Positions 42,099 through 53,395 of a DNA stretch of 64,000 nt are shown here, in pieces. How positions within the stretch are numbered: position 1 is the stretch's first letter; every line of letters starts with the position of its first letter. The notes below the pieces were generated by a model. That model was not told the origin of the DNA. It made no database searches and saw only the letters and a list, made by a program, of their open reading frames with translations. The position numbers and the translations under genes were made by a program. Origin of the DNA: a bacterium (GTDB lineage Bacteria; SM23-31); the NCBI GenBank assembly GCA_965249485.1, contig OZ252239.1, positions 32,001 to 96,000 on the forward strand, in the 5' to 3' direction.

Positions 42099-43511
42099 TT
42101 ATTTAATGAGAATAAGCTCCTTTTGCGGTGGAGATAAATACTCGACTCCACTCTCGGTGGCTATCGCCTGCTCATGATTCCAGAATAATAAATATTGGTC
42201 TTCGTTTTTATTGGATGTAGGCGACGGCATATAGAAAAAATATTCTAGAACAAAGTGGTGGTTGGATGAGAGTGGTATATCAGAAGTCCAATCCGGACCA
42301 AGTGAACCAATCCTGGGGCCTAAATAAATATCAGGCTTCCTCTTACGCGCTCCTTTTCCCTTGCCATGGCAGTCGATAGCAAGCAGAGTTTTTTCAGGAT
42401 CGTAACCTGCGGCATATACGGGGAAATCGTTCTTTGGCTGAATCATATGGATCATGTTATCCCTAATAATAATCCCTTCCTCCTCAAATTTCTGCGTGTA
42501 ATCTTGAATTATTTCACGAGGGGTACGACCCGCCCTGATGGTTTCTGCAAGGATCTTATCAATTTTCAGATATTCTGCCCAGAGTTTTTTGATTTCCGGA
42601 GGCGGTTCAGTCTCTCCGTCACGGAGCACATAGGCGAACATTCCCTGGCTTGGTGCTGCAAGGATATCGCCTCCCTGGACCACACTGTTTTCCCAACCTG
42701 CACTCCTCCCCCTTTGGGATAATCCTGTACTCATCCGTCGAAAGACAGTTACTCCTCCCCCGCGAGCTTTTGTTACACCCGGTTCGACTTCGGAAAAAGC
42801 TTTCTTTATACTTTCAAGTTCATCCTGACGCATCTTCTTAAGGAGTTCGATTTCGCTCGGCACCGGAGTTATTTGGTAATCCATCATTACATATTCTGAA
42901 GAGACCAGCCTGTTGGTATAAGTATCACCGAGTTCTTTCGTCAAGAGGAGGTAGTCTGTAAACGAAATGCCGTCATTAGTCGTGGTGGAGGACGCAGTCG
43001 GCCACGTTCCCAGGTTTTCCCTGTAATTGACAGCAATGCGTTTGGGGTTACGTGCTTCAACAAATTCTCTGATGCCCTTAAATCGGTAATCATATTCTGT
43101 CATCGGGCTTGAAACCGGTTCCGCCACAAAAACCGGGTCGCCAATTATGTCGTAGGCTCTGCTTTCTTCAACTAAGGTCTTGACCTCTCTTCTTTCACGC
43201 TGTGTAGTTCCCCAGCGACGACCGAGAATCGCACGTTCGATCCTGTCATCGCCACGGTCCGTGAAGATGAAAACACCGGAGGTACTGCCCAGTTCTTCCG
43301 CACCAAATGGATCAGAAATTGCTTCTCTCATCACATGGATCCACATGTCGACATTGTTCTTTTCCATGGCTTGGGGTAGTACTATATCAAACTTATCCCG
43401 GCGTATCTGATTATTCCATTCCCTCAGATCGTCCTCTTCCTGAGCTTGTGCATTGGCAAAAAGTACTGTGAACAGTACAGCAAATAAAAAAATCATACTT
43501 AGAAATTTCAT
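42099..43511 (-). CDS. Secreted M24-like protein lacking the Asp-Asp segment
   Basis: Close paralog of 32527..33933. Confidence 0.8.
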   Translation of the reverse strand: MKFLSMIFLFAVLFTVLFANAQAQEEDDLREWNNQIRRDKFDIVLPQAMEKNNVDMWIHVMREAISDPFGAEELGSTSGVFIFTDRGDDRIERAILGRRWGTTQRERREVKTLVEESRAYDIIGDPVFVAEPVSSPMTEYDYRFKGIREFVEARNPKRIAVNYRENLGTWPTASSTTTNDGISFTDYLLLTKELGDTYTNRLVSSEYVMMDYQITPVPSEIELLKKMRQDELESIKKAFSEVEPGVTKARGGGVTVFRRMSTGLSQRGRSAGWENSVVQGGDILAAPSQGMFAYVLRDGETEPPPEIKKLWAEYLKIDKILAETIRAGRTPREIIQDYTQKFEEEGIIIRDNMIHMIQPKNDFPVYAAGYDPEKTLLAIDCHGKGKGARKRKPDIYLGPRIGSLGPDWTSDIPLSSNHHFVLEYFFYMPSPTSNKNEDQYLLFWNHEQAIATESGVEYLSPPQKELILIK

Positions 43512-43673
43512 ACAATTCTCCTCCCGTGGTTTAACAAATATTCACCATATCAATTTTCATAAAGAGATTAAATTGAGTTTGTGTTGAAATATGACGCTTT
43601 TTTAGATGTGATATACTTCGTCAGAATGTATTGAAAATTATGATATATATGTGGCTTTTACAAGTTATTTTTC

Positions 43674-43702
43674 CTCTTCGGATAGGATACGAATTATGTA
43701 AC
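43674..43702 (+). repeat. Aberrant core repeat copy
   Basis: CTCTTCGGATAGGATACGAATTATGTAAC at the usual position after TTACAAG; same variant type as 49735. Confidence 0.5.
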
Positions 43703-43745
43703 GAAAAGAGACTATTTCGTGGATGTAAAGGTCACCGGTTCCATT

Positions 43746-45887
43746 TTACTCCGGAAGGGCAAAAGCGACGTATAGTGCGCCGGAAGGTTGAGACGCTGAG
43801 TATAACCCTTTACCACCGCCTGCAGCAACCACAATGAATTGCCGGCCATCGACTTCATAAATTGCAGGTGTGGCAATCGCCGCGTAGGGCAGTGTAGTTT
43901 CCCACAGTAGTTCTCCGGTCAATTTATCAAAGGCATGAAATTTATTGTCAAAGACAGTAGCGCCAATAAAGAGGAGCCCTCCCGCAGTAACGACGGGGCC
44001 GCCGTAATTTTCTGAGCCGGTATTTGTCATTCCCTGTTCGGCCAACTCCGGATACTCTCCAAATGGGATCTGCCATCGGTATTCTCCCGTGTCGAGGTCA
44101 AGGGCGTTAAGCGTTCCCCATGGAGGTTTCATAGCAGGGTAACCATCGGGATCGAGGAACTTTTCATAACCCGCAAAGAGGTACTTCAACTCATAAGGAA
44201 AACGAATATTCCTGCCACGATCCACTTCCTTTTCCTCACCATAGAGCACATATCGGGTGATCGCTTCGAGTTCCGTTTCCGACAGATAGGAATAAGCAGG
44301 CATTCGCCCTGCACCATTGACAGTGAACTCGATGAAATCCTCCTGGTCATAAATTTCGGATATATCGAGAAGTGACGGGAAATTTGGCGGTGATCCGCTC
44401 ATATCGGTTTTATGGCAACTCGCACAATTGGATTCGTACAGTTCCCGGCTGTTTGTTCTTGTATTCCATACAGTGTTTTCCACAAGTTTAAGTAGAAAGG
44501 CCATTTCATTGGAATTAACGTAAAGCAGTCCGGTTTCGGGATCGAATGCAGGGCCACCCCATTCCGGACCCCCGTCTAAGCCAGGAAAAATAATGGTGCC
44601 CTTTGTTGAAGGTGGTGTAAATTGGGGGCCACTATCTATTGCCCGGAGCCGCTCTAAGACGTCATCGTGGGCGGCGGAGGTACGGACGGGTAACCATGTC
44701 TTCCGTAAAGATCTGCCTGGCGAACGGCGCTGGTTCCAGCGGCATAATTTGCGTCTCTGAGAGGACTTCACCTTCCACATCCGAAGGAGGTACATGTATT
44801 TCTTCCAAGGGGAAAAGGGACTCGCCCGTTTCCCGGTCGAATACAAGGACATTCCCGTATTTTGATGGTTGTGCGACTGCATCGATCAGTTGACCGTCAC
44901 GCTTTACAGTGACAAGTGCGGGAGGAGTCGGGAAATCACGATCCCAGACATCGTGTTTAACCAGTTGAAAATACCAGACGAGTTCTCCGGTATCTGCTTT
45001 GAGTGCGAGGAGACAGTCGGCATAGAGGTTGTCTCCGATGCGGTTGGCGCCATAAAATCGGATGCTGCTGACCCCGTAGGAACAAAAACAAGACCACGTT
45101 CTTCATCCAGGCTCATTCCACCCCAGCTGTTGGCACCGCCTATGTAGAGCCAGGCATCTTCAGGACAGGTTTCATATCCCGGTTCACCCGGATGAGGAAT
45201 AGTATGAAACGACCAGCGAAGTTCCCCTGTGCGAACATCGTATGCACGTATATCACCCGGTGGTGCAGGGAGACTTTCGCTGACCCTGCTTCCCATAATA
45301 ATCAAATCTTTATAAATGACGCCAGGACTGGAAGTGGTAATGGAAACCTCTTCTACGGGGCGACCCAGGTTTTCGCGCAAGTCCACCCGTCCGTCGTTAC
45401 CGAAATTGGCAACCGGCTCACCCGTAATTGCATCAAGCGCATAGAGATAATTCTTAAAATTGGTGAAAATTCGTTTGTCCGTACCGTCAGTCCAATAGCT
45501 GACGCCCCTGAGCATAATGAGCCCGCGTACCTCTTCGCCATTTGAAGGATCGAAACTCCATACCAGTTCACCGGTGGCTGCGTTCAAAGCGAATGCTTTT
45601 CGTTTGGGAGTGGCGGAATAGAGCATGTCCCCGATAATAATGGGATTGGATTGCAATTCAGACTCGGGATAGGCATCCTCGGAATCGTAAGTCCAGGCAA
45701 CTTCAAGACGGTGGACGTTGCTGCGATTTATCTGGTCGAGCCGGGAATAGTGACTGAAACCGGCATCTCCGCCGTAGACGTTCCAGGTCTCGTACCCCGT
45801 TTCAGGTACCTCACGTTCCTGACCTCCGCAGCTTATAAGAATAAACAAAGGGAAAAGCATCGAACTCAATCGTCGGAGAAGAATCAT
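43746..45887 (-). pseudogene. PQQ-dependent dehydrogenase with cytochrome c domain, two frameshifts
   Basis: Collinear with intact 49801..51930; one T missing at ~45055 and one extra base at ~44690. Confidence 0.85.
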
Positions 45888-46330
45888 GATTTCAGGCCTC
45901 GATCATTGGGATGATGTGTTGATTAATGAGCTATTATCTGATAATCCTTAGTATCAATACTCTGAATTCACTAATAATATTAACGAATTATTAATAACGT
46001 GCTCTTCGTATATCTCCAGAACATTTCGGACAAAATACTGCTAAATATAATGAATAATTATTTCATATTATAGAGAATATTCTATTCGGAGAGCAACATT
46101 TTGAAGTTGACCTCCTCCTGTGAGTAACATTGAGACAAAAGCGGCATGTCCGGGAGATTTGCTTGTTATTGAAACTGAAGAATCGGATTCTGTCTCACGA
46201 GGTTTTACCAGAATTTCTTTTGTATTTAAAGATGGAATTGTCATCCGATGATTGTATGTCGTCGGAACAAGTCGATCACTTTGAGTTCAATATTAAGAGA
46301 TACATTTCTGCTTTTACAATGTGTTTCCTA

Positions 46331-46357
46331 CTCCTCGGGCTGTACGATATGCGAACC
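46331..46357 (+). repeat. 27-bp intergenic core repeat
   Basis: CTCCTCGGGCTGTACGATATGCGAACC. Confidence 0.9.
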
Positions 46358-46384
46358 TTTAGGTTTGAGTTTCTGCCATGTATT

Positions 46385-47197
46385 TTACGGATATCCCTGA
46401 ATCGTAAACGTTTGACCCATGTAGTTTTTATCTGGCAACACAGTTGGTAACTTATACTGCGGATCGGTGAGCAATGCATACACAGCAGGGTCGCCGGTTT
46501 GCACTAGCTCTTTCGTTCTCAAATCCCATTGATCTTTTCCCCGCTCGAACGTCCCGTGATAGTCCTGTCCTCCCAGAATAGAGGTGAACGCCCAGTGAAG
46601 ATACTCGCCTATCTGGCATCTATAATGACATGTTTCGTCATAATAGGTGTGCCATGCCTCGTCGGGATACTTCTCCGGGACATCTTCAAAATATCCCCCT
46701 CTCGCCCCTTCCGAAGCCTTTGCTGCTAGGGTCCCACGTTTTCTGCCAAATGCCGAAGGATAAGCACCTTCCCATCCATAGTTAGTTATCAGGTGTAGGA
46801 CCTCTTCCAATGAGGCGTCGTATTTGCCCTGAGTAGAACCATTCGGAAATGTTTCCGTGTCCCAAAGATCCTGTTTGGGCCCGGGTGGAAGAGCATCCTT
46901 ATCAGCTGAACGTAAGTCTTGACTGGTCCTGCCCATGGTTATAGCTGTATTCTTGCTCACCATTGCATCGACGATTCTTTGATTGTCAGGTATTCCATCC
47001 TCGTCATTATCCAGGTATTGAGCCATTACATTCGCGGCATGGAGAATTTTATCATCACCTGTCGTCGAGGTTGCGTAAATGTGAATACCAAATACCTCAA
47101 CCTGTTTGGTGAAGGGATTTGTTGCTGTACTGTTAGAGCTGCAATTCACACATGCTAAAACTAAAAGTACAACCAATATCGTTGTTAGAAATTTCAT
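46385..47197 (-). CDS. EExxH metalloprotease-like lipoprotein
   Basis: Close paralog of 39407..40216 (SLEEVLHLI). Confidence 0.75.
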   Translation of the reverse strand: MKFLTTILVVLLVLACVNCSSNSTATNPFTKQVEVFGIHIYATSTTGDDKILHAANVMAQYLDNDEDGIPDNQRIVDAMVSKNTAITMGRTSQDLRSADKDALPPGPKQDLWDTETFPNGSTQGKYDASLEEVLHLITNYGWEGAYPSAFGRKRGTLAAKASEGARGGYFEDVPEKYPDEAWHTYYDETCHYRCQIGEYLHWAFTSILGGQDYHGTFERGKDQWDLRTKELVQTGDPAVYALLTDPQYKLPTVLPDKNYMGQTFTIQGYP

Positions 47198-47346
47198 AAA
47201 AACCTCCACTTAATTAAGACATACATTCTCAATAACTTTTTGACAGGTCACCGATAACTTAATAATATACAAATACTTCTTGAAATGTTATGACCTTAAA
47301 AATAATAGTAAATGACAATCATTTTATACTTGATACCTTTCTTGCC

Positions 47347-48440
47347 TTATACAACTTCAAATCTGGGGAAATTATCGGTCGATTTGATATCGATTTTCAG
47401 GTCTGATTGTTTTGTGATAAAGATACTTTCGGCATTTTTCTGGTACTGGACAAACAGATAACCGCTTTGTTGACCCTTAAGGAACGCAGTGGTAGAAAGA
47501 GCATCTGCTTCCATTGACGTTGAGGCAACAATCGTAGCACTCAACATCGGGTTTGACGGATTCCCAGTCCTGGGGTCAAACAATTGTCCATAGCGCCTGC
47601 CATTTACCCTGATAAAGTTTTCATAGTTGCCGGATGTGGCAATAGCCTTATCCCGGATATGAACGGTGGCAGCAAGCTTTTCAGGGTACTGAGGATGTTG
47701 AATACCAATATGCCAGCCTTCCTCTCCATTCGGTGCTCCAATGGCAAAAATATCACCACCAGCATTAATGATAGCTTTTTGAATACCATGCGAACGGAGT
47801 ATATACACCGCTCTATCAACTGCGTACCCTTTCGCAATTCCGCCCAGGTCTATCTGTGCTCCGGAGGATTCCAATCCAATCAGTTGCTTCTCATTATCCA
47901 CAAATATCTGTCGATAATTAATTTTAGAAAGAAGTTCCGCCACCTGCTCAGGTTCGGGAATCCGTGTGAGATTACTCCGGTTATTCCGGAATCCATACGC
48001 TTTAAGGAGCGGAAGAATAGTAATGTCAAAAACGCCGTCGCTTCTGTCTCCCATTAATTTTGCCGCCTCAACCACTTCACATACCAGCGGGTCCACCGTA
48101 AGATTCTTACTGCCTGCATACCTACTTACTCCCGGAAACATCACTCTCCTCAGTAAAGGTACTCATCAATGTTTCGATATTCCGAAACTCATCAAACGCC
48201 CGTTTAAGGACGGGATTACAATCCTTTTCTTTTTGATCATAAATGGAGATTGTGACAACCGTTCCCATAGAAAATATGGGTTCTTTAACCGGTTCTTCAT
48301 CCGGGGGTGCCAGAAGGTATAGAAGCCGCTCTCCCAGTTGCATATGAAGAGTTAACAGTGCGAGCGTTGTTCCTCCCGCCGCTACGGAAAGAGAATATTT
48401 TCAAAAATGTTCTCCGATCCCATGTTTTTTCTAATAACAT
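47347..48440 (-). pseudogene. apbE: FAD:protein FMN transferase with Tat-like signal, two frameshifts
   Basis: DRRTFLK, SMGTVV, GVFDITI, DLGGIAKGYAVD, ATSGNYE, ADALST; shifts at ~48388 and ~48133. Confidence 0.85.
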
Positions 48441-48593
48441 GTTCTATCCCCTTTTTTCTGTTCCAGTGTTAAGAACGCAATATATTATTTCTCTTTTATA
48501 TTGGTGTTTTTAATGTTGCAGTTTTCAGGTACTTTTTTTAAAGATTTTTCTAATTATTGTAATTTTTACTAATTTCCCTATACTGTGTTCACG

Positions 48594-49520
48594 CTAAACG
48601 TCACATATTTGAATCGCTTGTTCCAACGATTTTATCGGGTCTCTCTTGGGGATGAACTCTTGAGCGACATAACCGTCGAAATCCGTTTCGGCAATTGCAC
48701 GCATGATCGCAGCATAATTGAGCTCCTGAGTCTCGTCAATTTCGTTGCGGCCCGGTACACCTCCCGTGTGGAAGTGACCGATATACTCGATATTGTCCCT
48801 GATGGTTCTGATAATATCGCCTTCCATAATCTGCATGTGATAGATGTCGTAAAGGAGCTTGAGACGGGGTGAAGCGACACGTTTGCATAATTGGACACCC
48901 CAGTCTGTGTTATCGCACATGTAGTCTATGTGTTCCAGTTTACTATTGAGCAGTTCTATGCAGATCGTCACGCCCTTTTTTTCCGCCAGACCGACAACCT
49001 GTTCAAGACCCTTGGCGCAGTTTTCCAGTCCTTCATCATCCGGCATACCCTCACGGTTGCCCGAGAAACAGAGAACATTCGGGAAACCGGCCTCAGATGC
49101 TGCTTCGATACCTTCTCTGATCCCGTTTAGACAATAATCATGATTCTCAATGTGATTGAGACCCTTCTCGATACTATGAGTTACAATCATTGCGCAAATG
49201 AGTCCATTTTTCTTGAGAACCGGCCAGTCTCTTGGATTAACATCAAGCTCTATTGACTTTATTCCTATCCGGGCAGAATTCTCAGCAAGCTCTTCAATTG
49301 AAATATTTTCATAGCACCATTGACTTACAGAATGTTTAATGTTGCCTTTCAGCGGCATTGATGTCCGAGTCTTGCCTATTGCCGCTACTGTTCCTTTATT
49401 CAGACCCATCGTTGCAGCAACTGCCGCCCCTCCAGCTGTCTTCAAAAGTTTACGCCGGCTAATTTTATTCTGACTATCATGAATTCTACGCGTATCATTA
49501 TGGTGTTTTTTGTTGTACAT
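48594..49520 (-). CDS. Tat-exported hydroxypyruvate isomerase-like TIM barrel
   Basis: SRRKLLK; ELLNSK, LLYDIYHMQIMEG, HFHTGGVPGRNE. Confidence 0.88.
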   Translation of the reverse strand: MYNKKHHNDTRRIHDSQNKISRRKLLKTAGGAAVAATMGLNKGTVAAIGKTRTSMPLKGNIKHSVSQWCYENISIEELAENSARIGIKSIELDVNPRDWPVLKKNGLICAMIVTHSIEKGLNHIENHDYCLNGIREGIEAASEAGFPNVLCFSGNREGMPDDEGLENCAKGLEQVVGLAEKKGVTICIELLNSKLEHIDYMCDNTDWGVQLCKRVASPRLKLLYDIYHMQIMEGDIIRTIRDNIEYIGHFHTGGVPGRNEIDETQELNYAAIMRAIAETDFDGYVAQEFIPKRDPIKSLEQAIQICDV

Positions 49521-49695
49521 GGATTATTCCCTCCCTCATTTTTTGTCCCGTTATGTGCCTCGAAGTAAAAAATGCTATCGTAAGTCTGGTATTTCCCATA
49601 GTAACTCTCTACAAGAGATTTATTGGGATTGTGTTAAAATTTGAAGCTTTTTTAAGATGTGAATTGCTACGTCAGAGCGTATTGCTTTAAAATAA

Positions 49696-49762
49696 ATAGT
49701 AAGTTATCAATTTAGATTATACAAGTAATTTCTAATCCCCGGATAAGATACGAACAACGCAA
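49696..49762. repeat. Promoter plus aberrant core repeat
   Basis: Minus strand TTGTAT-17-TACTAT (49696..49724); ATCCCCGGATAAGATACGAAC from 49735. Confidence 0.6.
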
Positions 49763-49800
49763 TGATAAGGAATATTTTACGTATGTATGGGTCACCGTTT

Positions 49801-51930
49801 TCATTCAGGAAGCGCAAAAGCGACGTATAACGCGCTCGAAGGTTGAGGCCCTTTGCCGCCACCTGCGGCAACAACGATGAACTGCCGGCCATCCACCTCG
49901 TACGTTGCCGGTGTGGCGTTTACGGCGTTGGGCAGCGTGGTTTCCCACAGCAATTCTCCGGTCAATTTGTCAAAGGCTCGAAACTTATTATCATATACGG
50001 TAGCACCAATAAAGAGTAATCCCCCTGCGGTGACAACAGGGCCGCCGTAATTTTCCGAGCCGGTATTTGTCATCCCCTGTGCCACCAATTCCGGATACTC
50101 TCCTAAGGGGATCTGCCACCAGTATTCACCCGTGTCGAGGTCAAGGGCGTTGAGCGTTCCCCACGGAGGTTTCACAGCGGGGTATCCGTCGGGATCAAGG
50201 AATTTTTCATAGCCGGCAAAAAGGTACTTCAATTCATACGGAGAACGTATATTCCTTCCGCGGTCTACTTCCTTTTCTTCACCGTAGAGCACATAACGGG
50301 TGATCACTTCAAGTTCCGTTTCCGACAGATAGGAAAAAGCGGGCATGCGCCCTCCACCAAAGATAGTAAAATTAATAAAATCCTCTTGGTCATAAATTTC
50401 GGACAAGTCAAGAAGTGGTGGAAAGTTCGGGGGAAAGCCTTTCATATCGGTTTTATGGCAGCTCGCGCAATTGGTTTCGTACAACTCCCGGCTGTTTGTC
50501 TTTCTGTTCCATACCGTATTTTCCACAAGCTTGAGTATCCAGGCCATTTCATTGGAATTAACGTAAAGCAGTCCGGTTTCAGGATCGAATGCCGGGCCGC
50601 CCCATTCGGGGCCGCCGTCATACCCGGGAAAAATTATGGCGCCCTTCGTTGAAGGCGGCGTGAATTGAGGGCCGCTCTCCACTGACCTGAACCGTATTAA
50701 TACGTCATCATGAGCGGCAGGGGTACGGTCGGTAACCATGTCTTCTGTAAAGACCTGCCTGGCGAGCGGTTGAGGTTCCAGCGGCATGATTTGTGTCTCC
50801 GAGAGGACTTCACCTTCCACATTCGAAGGAGGTACGGTTATTTCTTCCAAAGGAAAAAGCGACTCGCCTGTCTCGCGGTCGAATACAAGGACATTTCCGT
50901 ATTTTGACGGCTGTGCAACTGCGTCTATCAGTTGACCGTCACGTTCCACGGTGACAAGAGCGGGTGGTGTCGGCAGATCACGGTCCCAGACATCGTGTTT
51001 CACCAGTTGAAAATACCAGACGAGTTCTCCGGTATCGGCATTGAGTGCGAGAAGACAGTCGGCATAAAGGTTATCACCGACTCGGTTGGCACCGTAAAAA
51101 TCAGATGCTGCAGACCCCGTGGGTACAAATACAAGACCGCGTTCTTCATCCAGGCTCATCCCGGCCCAACTGTTGGCACCGCCAATGTAGAGCCAGGCAT
51201 CTTCGGGCCAGGTTTCATATCCCGGTTCACCGGGATGAGGAATAGTATGGAACGTCCAGCGGAGATTCCCGGTGCGAACGTCGTATGCACGTATATCTCC
51301 CGGCGGTGCTGGAAGGCTTTCGCTCACCCGGCCTCCCATAATAATCAAATCTTTATAGATGACACCCGGGCTGGTTGTGGTAATTGAGACCTCTTCTACG
51401 GGGCGCCCCAGGTTTTCACGCAAATCCAAGCGTCCGCCGTCACCGAAGCCGGCAGCCGGTTCACCAGTCATGGCATCGAGCGCGTAAAGATAATACATAT
51501 AATTGGTGAAAATTCGTTCGTCCGTACCGTCAGTCCAGTAGCTGACACCCCTGAACGCATTAATTCCGCGAACCTCTTCCCCATTCGAAGGATCGAAACT
51601 CCATAGCAATTCCCCGGTGGCCGCGTTCAATGCGAATGTTTTGCGTTGGGGAGTGGCCGAATAGAGAATGTTCCCGATAATAATTGGGTTGGTTTGCAAT
51701 TCGGAATTTTGAAAGGCATCACCGGAATCATAAGTCCAGGTAACTTCAAGTTGATGGACGTTACTGCGGTTTATCTGGTCGAGCCGGGAATAGTGGGTGA
51801 AACCCGCATCCCCGCCATAGACGCTCCAGGTATCGTATCCTGCTCCAGGTATCTCACGTTCCTGACCTCCGCAACTTATAAGGACAATCAGAGGGAAAAG
51901 CATCGAACTCATTCGTCGGAGAAGAATCAT
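49801..51930 (-). CDS. PQQ-dependent glucose-dehydrogenase-like lipoprotein with inserted cytochrome c domain
   Basis: [24 protein letters not shown] heme motif, KPPWG, GSENYGGP, ATPATY. Confidence 0.92.
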   Translation of the reverse strand: MILLRRMSSMLFPLIVLISCGGQEREIPGAGYDTWSVYGGDAGFTHYSRLDQINRSNVHQLEVTWTYDSGDAFQNSELQTNPIIIGNILYSATPQRKTFALNAATGELLWSFDPSNGEEVRGINAFRGVSYWTDGTDERIFTNYMYYLYALDAMTGEPAAGFGDGGRLDLRENLGRPVEEVSITTTSPGVIYKDLIIMGGRVSESLPAPPGDIRAYDVRTGNLRWTFHTIPHPGEPGYETWPEDAWLYIGGANSWAGMSLDEERGLVFVPTGSAASDFYGANRVGDNLYADCLLALNADTGELVWYFQLVKHDVWDRDLPTPPALVTVERDGQLIDAVAQPSKYGNVLVFDRETGESLFPLEEITVPPSNVEGEVLSETQIMPLEPQPLARQVFTEDMVTDRTPAAHDDVLIRFRSVESGPQFTPPSTKGAIIFPGYDGGPEWGGPAFDPETGLLYVNSNEMAWILKLVENTVWNRKTNSRELYETNCASCHKTDMKGFPPNFPPLLDLSEIYDQEDFINFTIFGGGRMPAFSYLSETELEVITRYVLYGEEKEVDRGRNIRSPYELKYLFAGYEKFLDPDGYPAVKPPWGTLNALDLDTGEYWWQIPLGEYPELVAQGMTNTGSENYGGPVVTAGGLLFIGATVYDNKFRAFDKLTGELLWETTLPNAVNATPATYEVDGRQFIVVAAGGGKGPQPSSALYVAFALPE

Positions 51931-52070
51931 GATTTCAGGCCTCCTTTATGCGTGTAATGTATCGATTTCATTAAATTGAACAACACGTCATTGCTATCTC
52001 TTTATTCTTTTAATCTAACGATGGATTGCATATTCTTTCCGGTAAACTTGAAAGGCAAGGTATAATTAAA

Positions 52071-53024
52071 TCAATTTGTCTGAGGCAATGCAGTCTGTTT
52101 CAAATACGTATCCGGTATTGCTTCTAATCCACGTATTTCAATGTTGCGGTAGAAGATTTCAGCACCCTCCGATTGAAATTCAATCTTCCCGCGCGTTAAA
52201 GGCAGATAATTATCATCATCCAGCCAGTTTTTTGCATTCTCCAAAACCATAACCACATGACCATTGACAATATGAAGGCTCGTGTCTCCCAAACAAATTA
52301 ACTCGATAGTATTCCATTCCCCATGAGGTTTTTCATAATCGAATATTCTTCGACCTCTATTCGGTTCAAATTGGTCTCCGGTTCTAAACATCCTGTGTTC
52401 TGCGGTCGGACTATAAATCCACTGAATATCTCCATAAAAATAATCACCAGGACGATCTTCCCTGGTTTCCGATGATCTGATATCCATACTAACTCCAACC
52501 AGAGGATGAAAGTCCCCGACATCACCTTCCTGAACCTGCATTTCCGGTGCTTTCATCCAAACATTCCAGAACTGGCCGTATGGTTCCTGAGCATGATACA
52601 GTATCCCACTATCCCTTCTTCTCTCTAACCGCGGTTCATACTTTTTATCACCCCATTTGAATTCCATTTTCAAATGGTAATTTTCAAATATCTCTTTTGT
52701 GCTTAGTCCACCATAAATCTCGCCAGATATATGAAGTACGGGAGTTCCGTCCAATTCCTCAACCGTAAAGACGTTTAAAGGGTCCTTATTCAAGCCGATC
52801 GGTGTTCCGTGCATGCCATCTCCTTTAGGATACCCGGTAAGATCAACGCTCGTATGAGGAAAACCCATGAAAATATTCCACTTGCTTAAGTCTTTGTCAA
52901 GCAGTGTTATCCAGTTATTTCTTGCTTCTATGTGCGATTTGTCCGAACCACAACCGACTAAGGTTCCGCATAGGGAAGCTATAAATACGATTAGTAGAGG
53001 ATAGACCCACCTGATTTTATACAT
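52071..53024 (-). CDS. DUF1080 (3-keto-disaccharide hydrolase-like) lipoprotein
   Basis: FENYHLKMEFKWG, RDSGILYH, GEWNTIE, QSEGAEIFYRNI. Confidence 0.88.
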   Translation of the reverse strand: MYKIRWVYPLLIVFIASLCGTLVGCGSDKSHIEARNNWITLLDKDLSKWNIFMGFPHTSVDLTGYPKGDGMHGTPIGLNKDPLNVFTVEELDGTPVLHISGEIYGGLSTKEIFENYHLKMEFKWGDKKYEPRLERRRDSGILYHAQEPYGQFWNVWMKAPEMQVQEGDVGDFHPLVGVSMDIRSSETREDRPGDYFYGDIQWIYSPTAEHRMFRTGDQFEPNRGRRIFDYEKPHGEWNTIELICLGDTSLHIVNGHVVMVLENAKNWLDDDNYLPLTRGKIEFQSEGAEIFYRNIEIRGLEAIPDTYLKQTALPQTN

Positions 53025-53155
53025 AGTTGTAAATCTCCTAATTTTTCATTAGAATTGAGAGTTATAATCAAGGTATTCTTGGGATAACGGAATTAAATAT
53101 TCGGACTCATTGAGATAAAACTAATGAAAACGTATTGTATTTACAAGTATAATCT

Positions 53156-53244
53156 ACCCCCGGACAGAACGAAACTCGAACAGTAGAATACTATTTAAAT
53201 TCTTAAATGAGAATCACCTCCCCGGATTGTATGACCAGCGATCC
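53156..53244 (+). repeat. Two tandem core repeat copies 62 bp apart
   Basis: ACCCCCGGACAGAACGAAACTCGAAC (53156) and CTCCCCGGATTGTATGACCAGCGATCC (53218). Confidence 0.6.
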
Positions 53245-53395
53245 TTTAGATTTATAATCACTCAACAAAATATAGTAACTTTGTAATACTATTGATTTAT
53301 TTATATATTTTTGCTAAATTTTCTTCATATAAACAAAAATTCCATTCCGCTTATAATACCGTGACTTCTTTATATAGAACACGTGGAGGTTTACT

